This document shows positions 30,429 through 41,100 of a stretch of 64,000 nucleotides of DNA, piece after piece. The notes under the pieces were generated by a model. That model did not search any database, was not told the DNA's origin, and saw nothing but the letters and a program-made list of their open reading frames with translations. The position numbers and the translations under genes were made by a program. The stretch is from Phycisphaerales bacterium (lineage in GTDB: Bacteria > Planctomycetota > Phycisphaerae > WQYP01), in contig DAIDJN010000058.1 in the NCBI GenBank assembly GCA_027451365.1, positions 32,001-96,000 on the forward strand. The letters run 5' to 3'. Every line of letters starts with the position of its first letter. The stretch's first letter is position 1.

Positions 30429-30836
30429 TTAACCCGCATTTACCGTGATTTTGCGGGTCTTGGCGTTGGCCGCCTTGGGAACCTGAACGGTCAGTTCACC
30501 GTGGGCGAGCGTGGCTTTAATTTCCTCGGCGTTTATCGGCGCTTCAAGAGTGAACGATCGCCGGTAGGTTCCACGTTGGTATTCATGTACAAGCACGCGC
30601 ATGCCTTCGCGATGAACAATTTCCGAAGCACGGCCTTCCAGGGTAAGCACGCCATTTTCAAAAGTGACATCCACATCGGTCGGCTTCACACCCGGCATGT
30701 CGGCCAGAAAAATATAATTTTCCGGATCTTCCAGGATGTCAACGGGTGGCACAATCAGGTCCTGTTGGCTGGCCTGGCTGATCTGGCTCGCCGAATCGGA
30801 TGCTGCATGACGGGGTTCAATCGTATTGGAAACCAT
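30429..30836 (-). CDS. Hsp20/alpha-crystallin small heat shock protein
   Basis: PPVDILE, ADMPGV, GTYRRSFTL, A...HGELTV.VPK. Confidence 0.93.
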   Translation of the reverse strand: MVSNTIEPRHAASDSASQISQASQQDLIVPPVDILEDPENYIFLADMPGVKPTDVDVTFENGVLTLEGRASEIVHREGMRVLVHEYQRGTYRRSFTLEAPINAEEIKATLAHGELTVQVPKAANAKTRKITVNAG

Positions 30837-30882
30837 GGTTTAACTCCTTAAAAAAATGGTTGAACGGAACATTCTGAATCTC

Positions 30883-31326
30883 TTAAGCGTGAAGCAGCTT
30901 TATTTTTCTGGGTCTGCTGGACTGCGCACGCGGCACCTGAAGTGCCAGCAGGCCATCTTTCAAGCTGGCCTGAACGTTTTGACTGTCCGGTTCCCAGGGT
31001 AACGTGAAGCGTCGGATAAACTTTCCAGTGACACGTTCGGCCCGATGGCGTCGCGTCCGTTTTGGTTCGTCCATCGTGCGTTCAAATGAAATCCGCACCT
31101 GATTCCCGGTCACAGATACATCCAGGTCTTTTGGGGTTGCGCCGGGAACGGGGATCTCAATGTGGGCCGCGTTATCATCTTCCCAGATATTTACCGCGGG
31201 GTAGCGGGTCTGGTCCCAGCCATCCAGCCGGGAAGCCGGTCCCCCGATGACCGCGTCGAAGAGCGCGTTGACCTGCTCGTGAAGATCCGCAAGTGCATTC
31301 GAGTTTTGCAGATTCAGATTAAACAT
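30883..31326 (-). CDS. Hsp20/alpha-crystallin small heat shock protein
   Basis: YPAVNIWED, ER..GKFIRRFTLP, ASLKDGLL; AAGGAG upstream of ATG 31326. Confidence 0.93.
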   Translation of the reverse strand: MFNLNLQNSNALADLHEQVNALFDAVIGGPASRLDGWDQTRYPAVNIWEDDNAAHIEIPVPGATPKDLDVSVTGNQVRISFERTMDEPKRTRRHRAERVTGKFIRRFTLPWEPDSQNVQASLKDGLLALQVPRAQSSRPRKIKLLHA

Positions 31327-31508
31327 GACAAAAACTCCTTTTTCAAGCTTTTCCGGGCCGCGCCAGGTATGCAAACGCCGAAAAACACAACTAACGAAAC
31401 GTGATGTGTGTATAACTACACTTATTGGTATCGTCCGGAATGCGGGATCGGCGCCTGGACCCCGTGCATCGGTCCGGCCGTAACCAATGTCATCACACCC
31501 TTCAGCAA

Positions 31509-31525
31509 AACAAAACTCGTGCCAA
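31509..31525 (-). promoter_or_regulatory. sigma54-like -24/-12 promoter (variant GT at -12) for the hsp20 pair
   Basis: Minus strand TTGGCACGAGTTTTGTT: GG-N10-GT. Confidence 0.6.
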
Positions 31526-31636
31526 ACCGCGGCTGTGGTCGCGTGCTGACTTCATAAGTCATTCAAAAATAAACGTTTACGTGCCAAGAAGGCATCAGGA
31601 GGAACCACCCTTTTGCCGCCCGAAATTGCCGCAACG

Positions 31637-31653
31637 CCTGTCAGATTGACAGG
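31637..31653. promoter_or_regulatory. Palindrome CCTGTCA-GAT-TGACAGG, candidate enhancer site
   Basis: Perfect 7-bp inverted repeat about 120 bp upstream of the sigma54-like site. Confidence 0.45.
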
Positions 31654-31750
31654 TTATGAGCGCTGCGGCAGGATCATACGGCCGCCTTGGCTGAAGGGGT
31701 GTCACCGGCGTTTCGCCGGAGCGGTGCCCCGCCTTGCGAATGCATTGTTA

Positions 31751-32701
31751 TCAGCCTTCTTCCGTCGGCTCGCGGCGGCTGCGTGGTTCATAGGCGTGCA
31801 CGATATTCTGCACCAGTCGGTGCCGCACGATATCTGATTTATCCAACTCAACAAATGAAATCCCATGAATGCCCGCCAGTTTGCGTTTGGCGTCAATAAG
31901 GCCGCTGGTCTGGCCGCCTTCCAGGTCCACCTGCGAAGGGTCTCCGGTGACGATCATTTTGCTGCCTTCGCCCAGACGGGTCAGGAACATCAGCATCTGG
32001 GCCGGGGTGGTGTTCTGGGCTTCGTCCAGAATGACAATGGATTCATTGAGCGTGCGCCCTCGCATATAGGCCAGCGGGGCCAGTTCGATCATGTCATTGG
32101 CCATAAAGCGACGGATCTGTTCAAAGGGCATGCGATCGTGCAGTGCGTCCAGCAATGGCCGCAGGTACGGATTCACCTTGGCTTGAATATCACCGGGCAG
32201 AAAACCGAGCTTTTCGCCGGCTTCCACGGCGGGGCGCACCAGTACCAGCCGCCGGGCCTCGTTATCGCGCAACATCCCTACCGCCAGCGCCACCGCCAGG
32301 AAGGTTTTTCCGGTGCCCGCCGGCCCGACACAGAACACCATATCATGTTTAAGAATAGCTTCCACATAGCGCTGCTGGCCTGGTGTTCGTGGTTCGACAC
32401 CGCCACCCAGACTGGACCGCGCGATTCCACCATGGTCGCTGCCGCTTCGCTGGCTTACGCTGGCGACCACTGAGGCAATTTGGTCGGCGGAAATATGCTG
32501 TCGCCGATGGGCTATTTTTTTCAGTTCAGCCAGAGCGGCTGCGCAATGCTCCACAGCGACCGGATCGCCGCTGATTCTTAACTCGTCATCGCGAGCGCTG
32601 ATCTGCACATTCAAAAGCTGCCGCAACGTTTTAAGGTTTCTGTCCGCCATTCCGAACAGCGCCAGCCGTCGTTCGGATTCAATTTGCAGGGTAACAACCA
32701 A
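31751..32701 (-). CDS. phoH: PhoH family ATPase
   Basis: GPAGTGKTFLA, RPAVEAGEKLGFLPGD, PLAYMRGRTL, LDEAQN, GDPSQVDL, DIVRH. Confidence 0.93.
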   Translation of the reverse strand: MVVTLQIESERRLALFGMADRNLKTLRQLLNVQISARDDELRISGDPVAVEHCAAALAELKKIAHRRQHISADQIASVVASVSQRSGSDHGGIARSSLGGGVEPRTPGQQRYVEAILKHDMVFCVGPAGTGKTFLAVALAVGMLRDNEARRLVLVRPAVEAGEKLGFLPGDIQAKVNPYLRPLLDALHDRMPFEQIRRFMANDMIELAPLAYMRGRTLNESIVILDEAQNTTPAQMLMFLTRLGEGSKMIVTGDPSQVDLEGGQTSGLIDAKRKLAGIHGISFVELDKSDIVRHRLVQNIVHAYEPRSRREPTEEG

Positions 32702-33034
32702 GCGATCTCCTTTAACCGGAACCTATTCTATGCCCTTGGCGGTCAGAATTCGAGGCCGCCAATGCGGGAAAGTCAGAGCAAGGAATTCGGATGCCGTTGG
32801 TGAACGTCTTTCACGTGTGCTCACTTTTGGAATTTTTGCCTTTCACCTATTCGCCTGCGCCGACGCGGCGGGCACTCTGTCGGCCCGTATCAATCCTTTC
32901 GGGCGGCGGGTTTGACCACCTTTTGATGCGCGATATTCGACAACGCTGAAAGGTTCTCCGGGTGGGGCGCTTTAACCAATCCGGATAATCGCGTATTATT
33001 CCGCAGTGAAATAGTTCTAAAAGGAACGTGCTGC

Positions 33035-36000
33035 ATGAAAAAACTTCTGGTTGCCAACCGCAGTGAAATTGCCATCCGTGTGTTGCGCGCCGCGACCGAG
33101 CTGGACCTGCAAACCGTGGCCATTTACAGCCACGAAGACCGTTATTCACTGCATCGTTTCAAGGCGGACGAGAGCTATCAGGTTGGCGGCCCGGATGCGC
33201 CGGTTAAAAATTATCTGAATATTCCAGCCATTATTTCCCTGGCGCGGGAACATCAGGTTGACGCCATTCACCCCGGTTACGGGTTTCTTTCTGAAAATGC
33301 GGATTTTGCCCAGGCATGTGCCGATGCGGGGATCACTTTCATCGGACCAACCGCGGACATGCTGCGAAGTTTTGGCGATAAAACGGCCGCCCGTTCGATC
33401 GCCCGCAAGGCTGGCGTGCCCATTCTGCCGGGGACTGAACATGGCGTCACGGATGCGGCAAAAATTAGGAAAATGGCGCGTGACATTGGCTTTCCACTCA
33501 TTATCAAGGCCAGTTTCGGCGGCGGCGGACGTGGGATGCGCATCGTCAAAGCCGCTGATGAACTCTCCAGTCGGCTGGAAGAGGCCCAGCGCGAAGCGGG
33601 GGGCGCTTTCGGCAAATCGGAAGTGTTTCTGGAACGTTATATTACCCAGGCCAAACATATTGAAGTGCAATTGCTGGGTGATACCCATGGCAATCTGGTG
33701 CATCTTTTCGAGCGAGACTGCTCCGTGCAGCGGCGGCATCAGAAGGTTGTGGAACTTGCCCCCAGCATCGGGCTGGATGCCGATCTGCGGAAAAAGATAT
33801 GCCAAAGCGCTGTCGATATCGGTCGGCAAGTCGGTTACCGCAATGCCGGCACGGTGGAATTTCTGGTGGATGTCCAGACCGGCGAGTTCTTCTTTATTGA
33901 GGTTAATCCGCGCATTCAAGTGGAACATACTGTCACGGAAATTATCACCGGAATTGATCTGGTCAAGGCTCAAATTCTGGTCGCGCAGGGGCATTCGCTT
34001 CATGCCGCGCCAATTCACATTCCCCAACAGGGTCAGCTTACCCATCGAGGAGTGGCGCTGCAGTGTCGAATCACCTCTGAAGATCCGGCCAACCAGTTTA
34101 TTCCCGATTACGGACGGATTACTTCCTACCGTTCCCCGGCGGGGTTTGGCGTGCGATTGGATGGTGGAACTGCCTACACCGGCGCGGTCATTACTCCCTA
34201 CTTTGATTCACTGCTGGTGAAGCTGACCTGCTTTTCCCCCACGCTGGAAGAAACGGTAGCCCGTACGCTGCGGGCACTTTCCGAATTCCGGGTGCGCGGG
34301 GTGAAAACCAACATTCCGTTTCTGGAAAATGTGGTTTGTCATCCATCGTTTTTATCCGGCGAAGCCACCACTACCTTTGTGGACAATACGCCGGCGCTTT
34401 ACCGCTTTTCGGCACGGCGCGACCGGGCTACGAAATTGCTCAGTTATCTTGGCGATGTGATTGTAAACGGGTCGCCGGAGGTCAAACGGACTCCGGATAT
34501 CTCCCTTATGACACCGGCGCCAGTTGTGGCCTGGCCCCGCGATATGCCGCTGCCCGAAGGTTCACGCGATCGTTTCAAAAAGCTTGGCGCTAAGGCATTC
34601 TGCCAGTCGCTGCTGTCGGACAAGGCGCTGCTGTTTACGGATACCACCATGCGTGATGCCCACCAGTCTCTGCTGGCCACGCGCATGCGTACCGTGGATC
34701 TGCTGGGGCCGGCGGATGCCTATGCCCATCTGCTGCCGAACCTGTTCAGCCTGGAAATGTGGGGCGGTGCCACATTTGATACCGCCATGCGGTTCTTGCA
34801 TGAAGATCCGTGGCGGCGGCTGGCCAAGTTGCGCCAGCGGATTCCCAATGTGCTTTTTCAGATGCTTTTGCGCGCCAGCAACGCCGTTGGCTATACCAAT
34901 TATCCGGACAATGTGGTACGGCATTTTGTGAAAACCGCCGCCGACAACGGGATGGATGTTTTCCGCGTATTTGATTCGCTGAATTGGACCCGCAACATGA
35001 CGGTGGCGATGGACGCGGTGCTTGACAGCGGCGCAATTCTGGAAGCTGCAGTCTGTTACACAGGCGATATTCTGAATCCGCGTCGGGAAAAATATTCCCT
35101 GAAATATTATGTCAAGATGGCCAGAGAACTGGAGAAAATGGGGACGCATATTCTGGGCATCAAGGATATGGCGGGGCTGTGCAAGCCATTCGCCGCGCAC
35201 AAGCTGGTCAAGGCGCTGCGCGATGAAATCAGCATTCCCATTCATTTTCACACGCATGATACGGCGGGCACGCAGTCGGCCGCGATTCTGCTGGCCGCCC
35301 AGGCGGGCGTGAGTATTGTGGATGCCGCCATCAGTTCCATGAGCGGCATGACCTCGCAGCCGAACATGAATTCTCTGGTGGCCGCGCTGGCCAACACCCC
35401 ACGCGACAGCGGGCTGAATTCCGAGGCGCTGGCCCGTCTGGCTGATTACTGGGAAGCCGTCCGCCGATATTACCAGCCGTTTGAAGAAGGCATGCTGGCG
35501 GGCACCGCTTCGGTCTATGAACATGAAATGCCGGGTGGGCAATATACCAATTTGCGTGTTCAAGCCCGCAGCCTCGGCCTGGCGGATCGCTGGAATGAAG
35601 TGGCACGCATGTATGCGCGTGTGAACGAACTTTTTGGCGATATTGTGAAGGTGACTCCCTCCAGCAAAGTCGTGGGGGATATGGCGCTGTTCATGGTCAC
35701 CAATAATCTTGAACCTGAACATGTGCTGGACGCTTCACGCCATATTGATTTCCCGAAAAGCGTAGTCGAAATGCTGCGCGGTGACCTTGGCCAACCACCC
35801 GGTGGATGGCCAAGGGAACTTCAGAAGATTGTATTAAAGGGAAAAAAGCCGCTCAATGGCCGCCCCGGAGCGCGGCTGGAATCCGTTGACTTGGCGGTGG
35901 CTGAAAAGGAATTGAGCGGCAAACTTCACCGCGACGTCAGTCAGCCGGATCTGGCCAGTTATCTGATGTATCCGGAGGTGTTTCTGGCGTTTGAACGTTT

Positions 36001-36472
36001 CCGCCGACAATACGACGATGTCAGTGTGATTCCGACGCCAGCCTTTTTCTACCCCATGCAGCCCTACGTTGAAGTTCCGATTGAACTCGAGCCGGGCAAA
36101 ACCATGCTGGTTAAATTTCTGACTGTGGGCGATCCGGATCCGGATGGCAATCGCACTGTATTTTTCGAACTGAATGGTCAGCCGCGCGAAGTAAAGGTGA
36201 CGGATAAATCGCTGACGGGCAAAGCCCGCGCCAGCCTGCCCAAGGCGGAACGGGACAACGCTTCGCAGGTCGGTGCGCCAATGCCCGGAAAAATTTCCGC
36301 GGTGTCGGTCAGTCTGGGGCAGTCGGTGGTGCGCGGCGATAAACTGCTGTCCATTGAGGCGATGAAAATGGAAACCGCGGTCTATAGCCCACGCGATGGC
36401 AAAATTTCCAAGATTAACGTTCAACCGGGTCTGCTGGTGGCCACGGGTGACCTCCTTATAGAATTTGAATAA
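33035..36472 (+). CDS. pyc: Pyruvate carboxylase
   Basis: ANRSEIA, HPGYGFLSEN, ERDCSVQRRHQK, RDAHQSL, EMWGGATFD, KVTPSSKVVGD, EAMKME. Confidence 0.97.
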   Translation: MKKLLVANRSEIAIRVLRAATELDLQTVAIYSHEDRYSLHRFKADESYQVGGPDAPVKNYLNIPAIISLAREHQVDAIHPGYGFLSENADFAQACADAGITFIGPTADMLRSFGDKTAARSIARKAGVPILPGTEHGVTDAAKIRKMARDIGFPLIIKASFGGGGRGMRIVKAADELSSRLEEAQREAGGAFGKSEVFLERYITQAKHIEVQLLGDTHGNLVHLFERDCSVQRRHQKVVELAPSIGLDADLRKKICQSAVDIGRQVGYRNAGTVEFLVDVQTGEFFFIEVNPRIQVEHTVTEIITGIDLVKAQILVAQGHSLHAAPIHIPQQGQLTHRGVALQCRITSEDPANQFIPDYGRITSYRSPAGFGVRLDGGTAYTGAVITPYFDSLLVKLTCFSPTLEETVARTLRALSEFRVRGVKTNIPFLENVVCHPSFLSGEATTTFVDNTPALYRFSARRDRATKLLSYLGDVIVNGSPEVKRTPDISLMTPAPVVAWPRDMPLPEGSRDRFKKLGAKAFCQSLLSDKALLFTDTTMRDAHQSLLATRMRTVDLLGPADAYAHLLPNLFSLEMWGGATFDTAMRFLHEDPWRRLAKLRQRIPNVLFQMLLRASNAVGYTNYPDNVVRHFVKTAADNGMDVFRVFDSLNWTRNMTVAMDAVLDSGAILEAAVCYTGDILNPRREKYSLKYYVKMARELEKMGTHILGIKDMAGLCKPFAAHKLVKALRDEISIPIHFHTHDTAGTQSAAILLAAQAGVSIVDAAISSMSGMTSQPNMNSLVAALANTPRDSGLNSEALARLADYWEAVRRYYQPFEEGMLAGTASVYEHEMPGGQYTNLRVQARSLGLADRWNEVARMYARVNELFGDIVKVTPSSKVVGDMALFMVTNNLEPEHVLDASRHIDFPKSVVEMLRGDLGQPPGGWPRELQKIVLKGKKPLNGRPGARLESVDLAVAEKELSGKLHRDVSQPDLASYLMYPEVFLAFERFRRQYDDVSVIPTPAFFYPMQPYVEVPIELEPGKTMLVKFLTVGDPDPDGNRTVFFELNGQPREVKVTDKSLTGKARASLPKAERDNASQVGAPMPGKISAVSVSLGQSVVRGDKLLSIEAMKMETAVYSPRDGKISKINVQPGLLVATGDLLIEFE

Positions 36473-36912
36473 TAACATTGGCAGATTCCGGCAATAACAC
36501 GAATTGAAGCGCGTCTGGGAAGGTCATCCTGACTGGGATACGTTGGAGACATTTGCTGGCGCTTGCGGGATTTGAGAAGAGGCCTTTCCGTCAGCCCAAA
36601 AGGCCCGCTTTGGTGTTGTCTGTTTTTCACTTTCTAAAATCTTCCGTTCTTATTCTGGTAGCGCGTTCACTTGCGCGCTGGTGGTTGGGGCGTGCAGGGA
36701 GCGGCAATTGAATGCCCGGTCCCTGATGAATTGTTGAATGCGGCAGATCATGACTTTTCACGTAAGTTTGCCATGTAAAATTAGTTCAAAGACATTCGGA
36801 GAACGCGTCCGATAACACAAACAGTCGATTCCGCATCTTTCCGCACCCGCTCCGCGTGCATACCATCTTAATGATCTGGGAGAGAGTCGGCTCTCTTTTG
36901 GAGGCTTTTGTC

Positions 36913-37329
36913 ATGTCTGGGAATATTACCAGTTATTTCTGGCTGGATTTCGTGAATCTGCTGCGTTTTCTCCGCTGGCGCTGCTTTTTTGCGGCTGTGG
37001 GCTGGATTCCGGTATTTTTTCTTTCCGTTCCACTTTCTCATGGCCCATGGATGATGTTGACCATGGTACTGGGCGCGGTGGCGGGGGCCTTCATTGGCTG
37101 GAATATTGCTGACGGTGCGGGCGACCAGGTCGCCTTCAGTGGGTTTTTCCTTATTTTTTTGCTGGTGCTGGCTTCCTGGGTCACGATATGGGGAGCCGAT
37201 TTTATACTGCAATCGCTCGCGCATCTGGCCTTTGGCTGGCAATTTAACTTTGGCCGTTGGATGACGCTGGCCAGCGCCACTTTTTTCAGCCTTATATCCG
37301 CCGCCAAAAGTGAATTGATGGACGACTGA
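36913..37329 (+). CDS. Hypothetical membrane protein (about 4 TM)
   Basis: GGAGG at 36900-36904; four hydrophobic segments. Confidence 0.65.
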   Translation: MSGNITSYFWLDFVNLLRFLRWRCFFAAVGWIPVFFLSVPLSHGPWMMLTMVLGAVAGAFIGWNIADGAGDQVAFSGFFLIFLLVLASWVTIWGADFILQSLAHLAFGWQFNFGRWMTLASATFFSLISAAKSELMDD

Positions 37330-37591
37330 TAGAACCGTTGTCTGTGCCATGGCGTGCGCATGCCCGGTTTGGTGCAAAGAGTATCAGGTTGGCGGAGCGC
37401 CACTTTTACGGGTGCGCTGACTTGCCATTAAGCGAACGCCGACACCGGTGAAAAACAGCTCGGCAGTGGTCATAAGAGCGGTCGTTGCAATTTACAGGTA
37501 AATAAGAATCGCGCAAAAACGCGGTTTGGCTATGGATGGCGATAAATAATAGTGGTTGGGAATGGCGTTCAGTCCGCCCGCCGACCGGTTA

Positions 37592-37658
37592 TACGCGGTT
37601 ATGCGTAGCGGCATCCGTGCAGTTCACCTGTGGGCCAGTTGGTTCGTAATTTTACGTA
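37592..37658. promoter_or_regulatory. Two TACG-N8-CGTA-type boxes upstream of the giant surface-protein gene
   Basis: TACGCGGTTATGCGTA (37592-37607) and TTCGTAATTTTACGTA (37643-37658); TTGACT-N17-TATTCT follows at 37681-37709. Confidence 0.45.
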
Positions 37659-38121
37659 TCGAATTATCTAAGTATTCTATTTGACTTTCGCGCGGCCATA
37701 ATTTATTCTTTGGCTCGACGACGGTCGAGTTCGTGACTGGTGCAGGCCCGGTCGCTTGCGGTCGTCCGCAAACAGATAGTTTTTCCGGGAATTGAGAGCA
37801 AGTTGCGATTTTCAATTCCCACCATTGCCACGGATCGGCTCGCATTCGTATGTGTAAATCAGTTTAGGAGGCAGGGTGCAACGTACCGCCGCGGATTCGG
37901 TGCCACACGGGAGCAGACGCATGTGTACATGCCTTATGTTTGACGCAGCGCACCGGGCGGAAGCTCAGGGCCATCTGCAGGCGCCGCACGGCCCATCGCC
38001 TTGCACGCCAGAAAATGTAAAGGCGGCTGTTGTCTATACGGCGCGTTGTGTTCCAACTTGAACATATATGATCAGTGCCTGTGCGGTTCTAAATTACCAG
38101 CCTACCCAAAGAGGTAAAAAA

Positions 38122-41100
38122 ATGAAAAGCAAAATGGTCAATCGGTTGATGGCGGCCGCTACGGCGGCGATGTTCGGGACATTCTTGGGGCACACGGCAC
38201 AGGCCAATTCGCCGACAGTCAACAATGTGGATTGGATATTGGCCGGATCCGGCAATTGGAATGCCGCTGGTACCAACTGGTCCGGAGGTATTATACCGAA
38301 TAATACCTCCACCAATGTGTACGATGTTTCCCTCGATCTGGCGGATGGCGGAATTTACAACGTGACGATTCCTTCCAATGCGTCGTACAATGTTGACGGT
38401 CTGACTTTAAGCAACGCGAACGCGGCTTTAACGATTGCCGCAAACGGCATACTGGATATTTCTCAGCCGGACAACAATGGCGCGTCGGGGACGCTATCGG
38501 TTCAGCAAGGCGACTTTACGCTAAATGGCACTTTAGCTAATTCAGTGTTATCTGTTGGTGTCGGCGGAACTTTTTCCTCAAATTCCGGTACATTTGAAAA
38601 TGTTGTTCTGGGCAGCAATCTTTCGGTTGGTTCTTATCAGGCGTTAAATGTTACCGATTCACTGAATAATTCCTACGGGTTAAACGCGGCTGGGGAATTA
38701 ATCACGTTGAATGTCGGCGCGGGGTTGGTTTTCACCGACACGTTTGACCCAAAATTCAACCGATTTGTGCCCAATATATTAAACGGCACAATGGATATGA
38801 CAGGTTACAACAATTACTTAACCGCACAAAATGGCCCGACGGAACTTGCCGGCACGGTGAATGTTCTGGCGGCAAATGGCACGGAATACATGAACGGCAA
38901 TGGGCTTTTATGGAACAATGGATACATTAACGTTGGATCAAATGGTACCATCGCCGATGCGGTTTCCGGCAGCACTTTATATATCAACGCGTCAGCGTTT
39001 AACAATACCGGTAACATAACGGTATTCAATTCATCCACGCTGAATGCCACAGCATTTACGAATTCAGGGACTGTCGCCACCGCCGCCAGCGCGGGTATTC
39101 AGACCGGGACCGGCTCGGCAATTATGGATTTTAAGGGTGACTGGTCGAATACCGGCACCATTGAAGCGGCTGCGGGCGATACAATTAATCTCGGCGGAGC
39201 GTTCAACCCGCAGGACATCGGCCTGTCCACAATGGCGGGTGTAACAAATGGGGCGTTTTCGCCCGATGGGGCGACCGTCAATATTTCCGGAACCATTAAC
39301 AACACCGGAAACAACCTGAATTTTGCGGCCGTCATCGGACCATGGAACCTAAATGGTGCCGTCATTACCGACGGGACGCTCACTGTGCAGAACGGCGCGG
39401 GCGCACAGGACATTAAAATCCTTAACGCCAGCGTCCAGAATACGAAACTTGGTTCCAATCTTATAATTCAAAACAATGGCTACAGCGGCGGACTGACCGT
39501 GAACAATACTGTGGCCAACCCGCTGGGGCTCGATTTTAATGGTTACAACATAACTCTTGCCGGAAGTTATGCCAGTCTCACATTCAACGCCACTTATGAT
39601 CGCGTCTTTGCGGCCTATGTTCCGGAGTCGGTAAATGGCATTATCAACCTTGCGGCGTATCAAAGCCAGTTGAATGGTAATCAGATTGCGATATTTAACA
39701 GTGCCATTAACAGCTATTCGACATCAGGTACCAATTACATCGGTGGCGGAACCATTACGAATGCCGGTGTTGTCCGTGTTGGATCGGACGGCACGCTGGG
39801 CAATACCGTTACCGGCGACACGCTGACCATTAACAGCAACAATTTTACAAATGCCGCCAGTGGAACCATCGCCGTTTACAATGGTGACATCTTGAATTTC
39901 AATTCCTATGGTGGCACCACCAACGCGGGGCTTATCACCACAGCCGGTGCGGCGACACTGCAATCCGGAACCGCTTCAGCCACTATCAATTTTAGTGATG
40001 GTTGGTCCAATACCGGAACTATCCGTGCAACGGCTGGCGATACAATTAATCTCGGCGGTACGTTTAATGCCGCGGATATTGGTATTGCCGGTGCAACCGG
40101 CCAGGGTGCGTTTACGCCCAACGGTGCGACGGTCAATCTTTCCGGCACCATGAATATCCAAGGCGGCGTAGCCACGTTTGACGCGGCCCACGGACTGATC
40201 AATTTGGGTGGGGGAACTTTTGAAAACGGCACGGTTGTTGCGCAGAACAATACGGGAACGCAATACCTGGCCATCAGTTCCGGAACCTTTCAGAATATCA
40301 CACTGGGAAGCAACCTTTCCGTCGCCGGCTCATTGTATCTGACCGGAACAACCGAAAATACGAATGAACTGAATTTTAACGGTTATGCCGTTACCCTTAC
40401 GGGTTCCGGCAGCGTTTTAAATCCTTATGACGTCTCGGTGAATGGCGTGTATGTGCCAGAGGTTCTTTCCGGCACAATTAACCTGGCGGGAAATAACTCT
40501 TCAGTCAACGCCTATCAGGGGCCGCTGACACTGGCGGGAACGCTTAACGCGCTGGCGCCTGGAAATTTTAATTTTATCGGCGGCTATTCCGGTCCGGTCA
40601 CCAACACCGGACTAATTTATGTGGGGTCCGCAGCCATCGGCGGCAATGCCATAAGCGGCGCGGCCCTTACGGTCCGCCCGACATTTATAAATGCCGGTAC
40701 GATGACCGCTTTTAATTCAGATTTTCTGAATCTGAATTCCAACACATGGTCCAACAGTGGCGTTATTCAAACCGGCGTTGCCGCAGGTTTGCAAGCTGGC
40801 CCAGGCTCCGCAACGCTGAATATCGGCGGGGCGGGTGGAAACTGGTCAAATAGCGGTCGCATTGTCGCCGCCGCCGGGGACACCATTAATCTTGGCGGCA
40901 CGTTTAACGCCGCGGATATTGGCATTGCCGGAACGGCGGGGGAGGGTACCTTTGCGCCCAATGGCGCAACCGTCAATTTAACAGGCACAATGAACATTCA
41001 GGGTGGCACGGCAACGTTTGACGCGGCACACGGGCAAATGACCCTTAGTTCCGCGACCATTGAAAATGGCACGCTGGTTTCCCAGGATTCTCGCGGCAAC

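Noticed and set aside
29083..35722. Long antisense or alternate-frame ORFs (e.g. 29083-30123, 33146-34045, 33258-34220, 34562-35722; likewise 11379-12275 and 62432-63493)
   Set aside because: They shadow well-supported genes, as expected from codon bias in GC-rich DNA, and show no protein motifs
37330..38121. Known riboswitch in the long leader of the giant gene
   Set aside because: I could not match TPP, cobalamin, SAM, glycine or c-di-GMP consensus elements by eye; an Rfam search is needed
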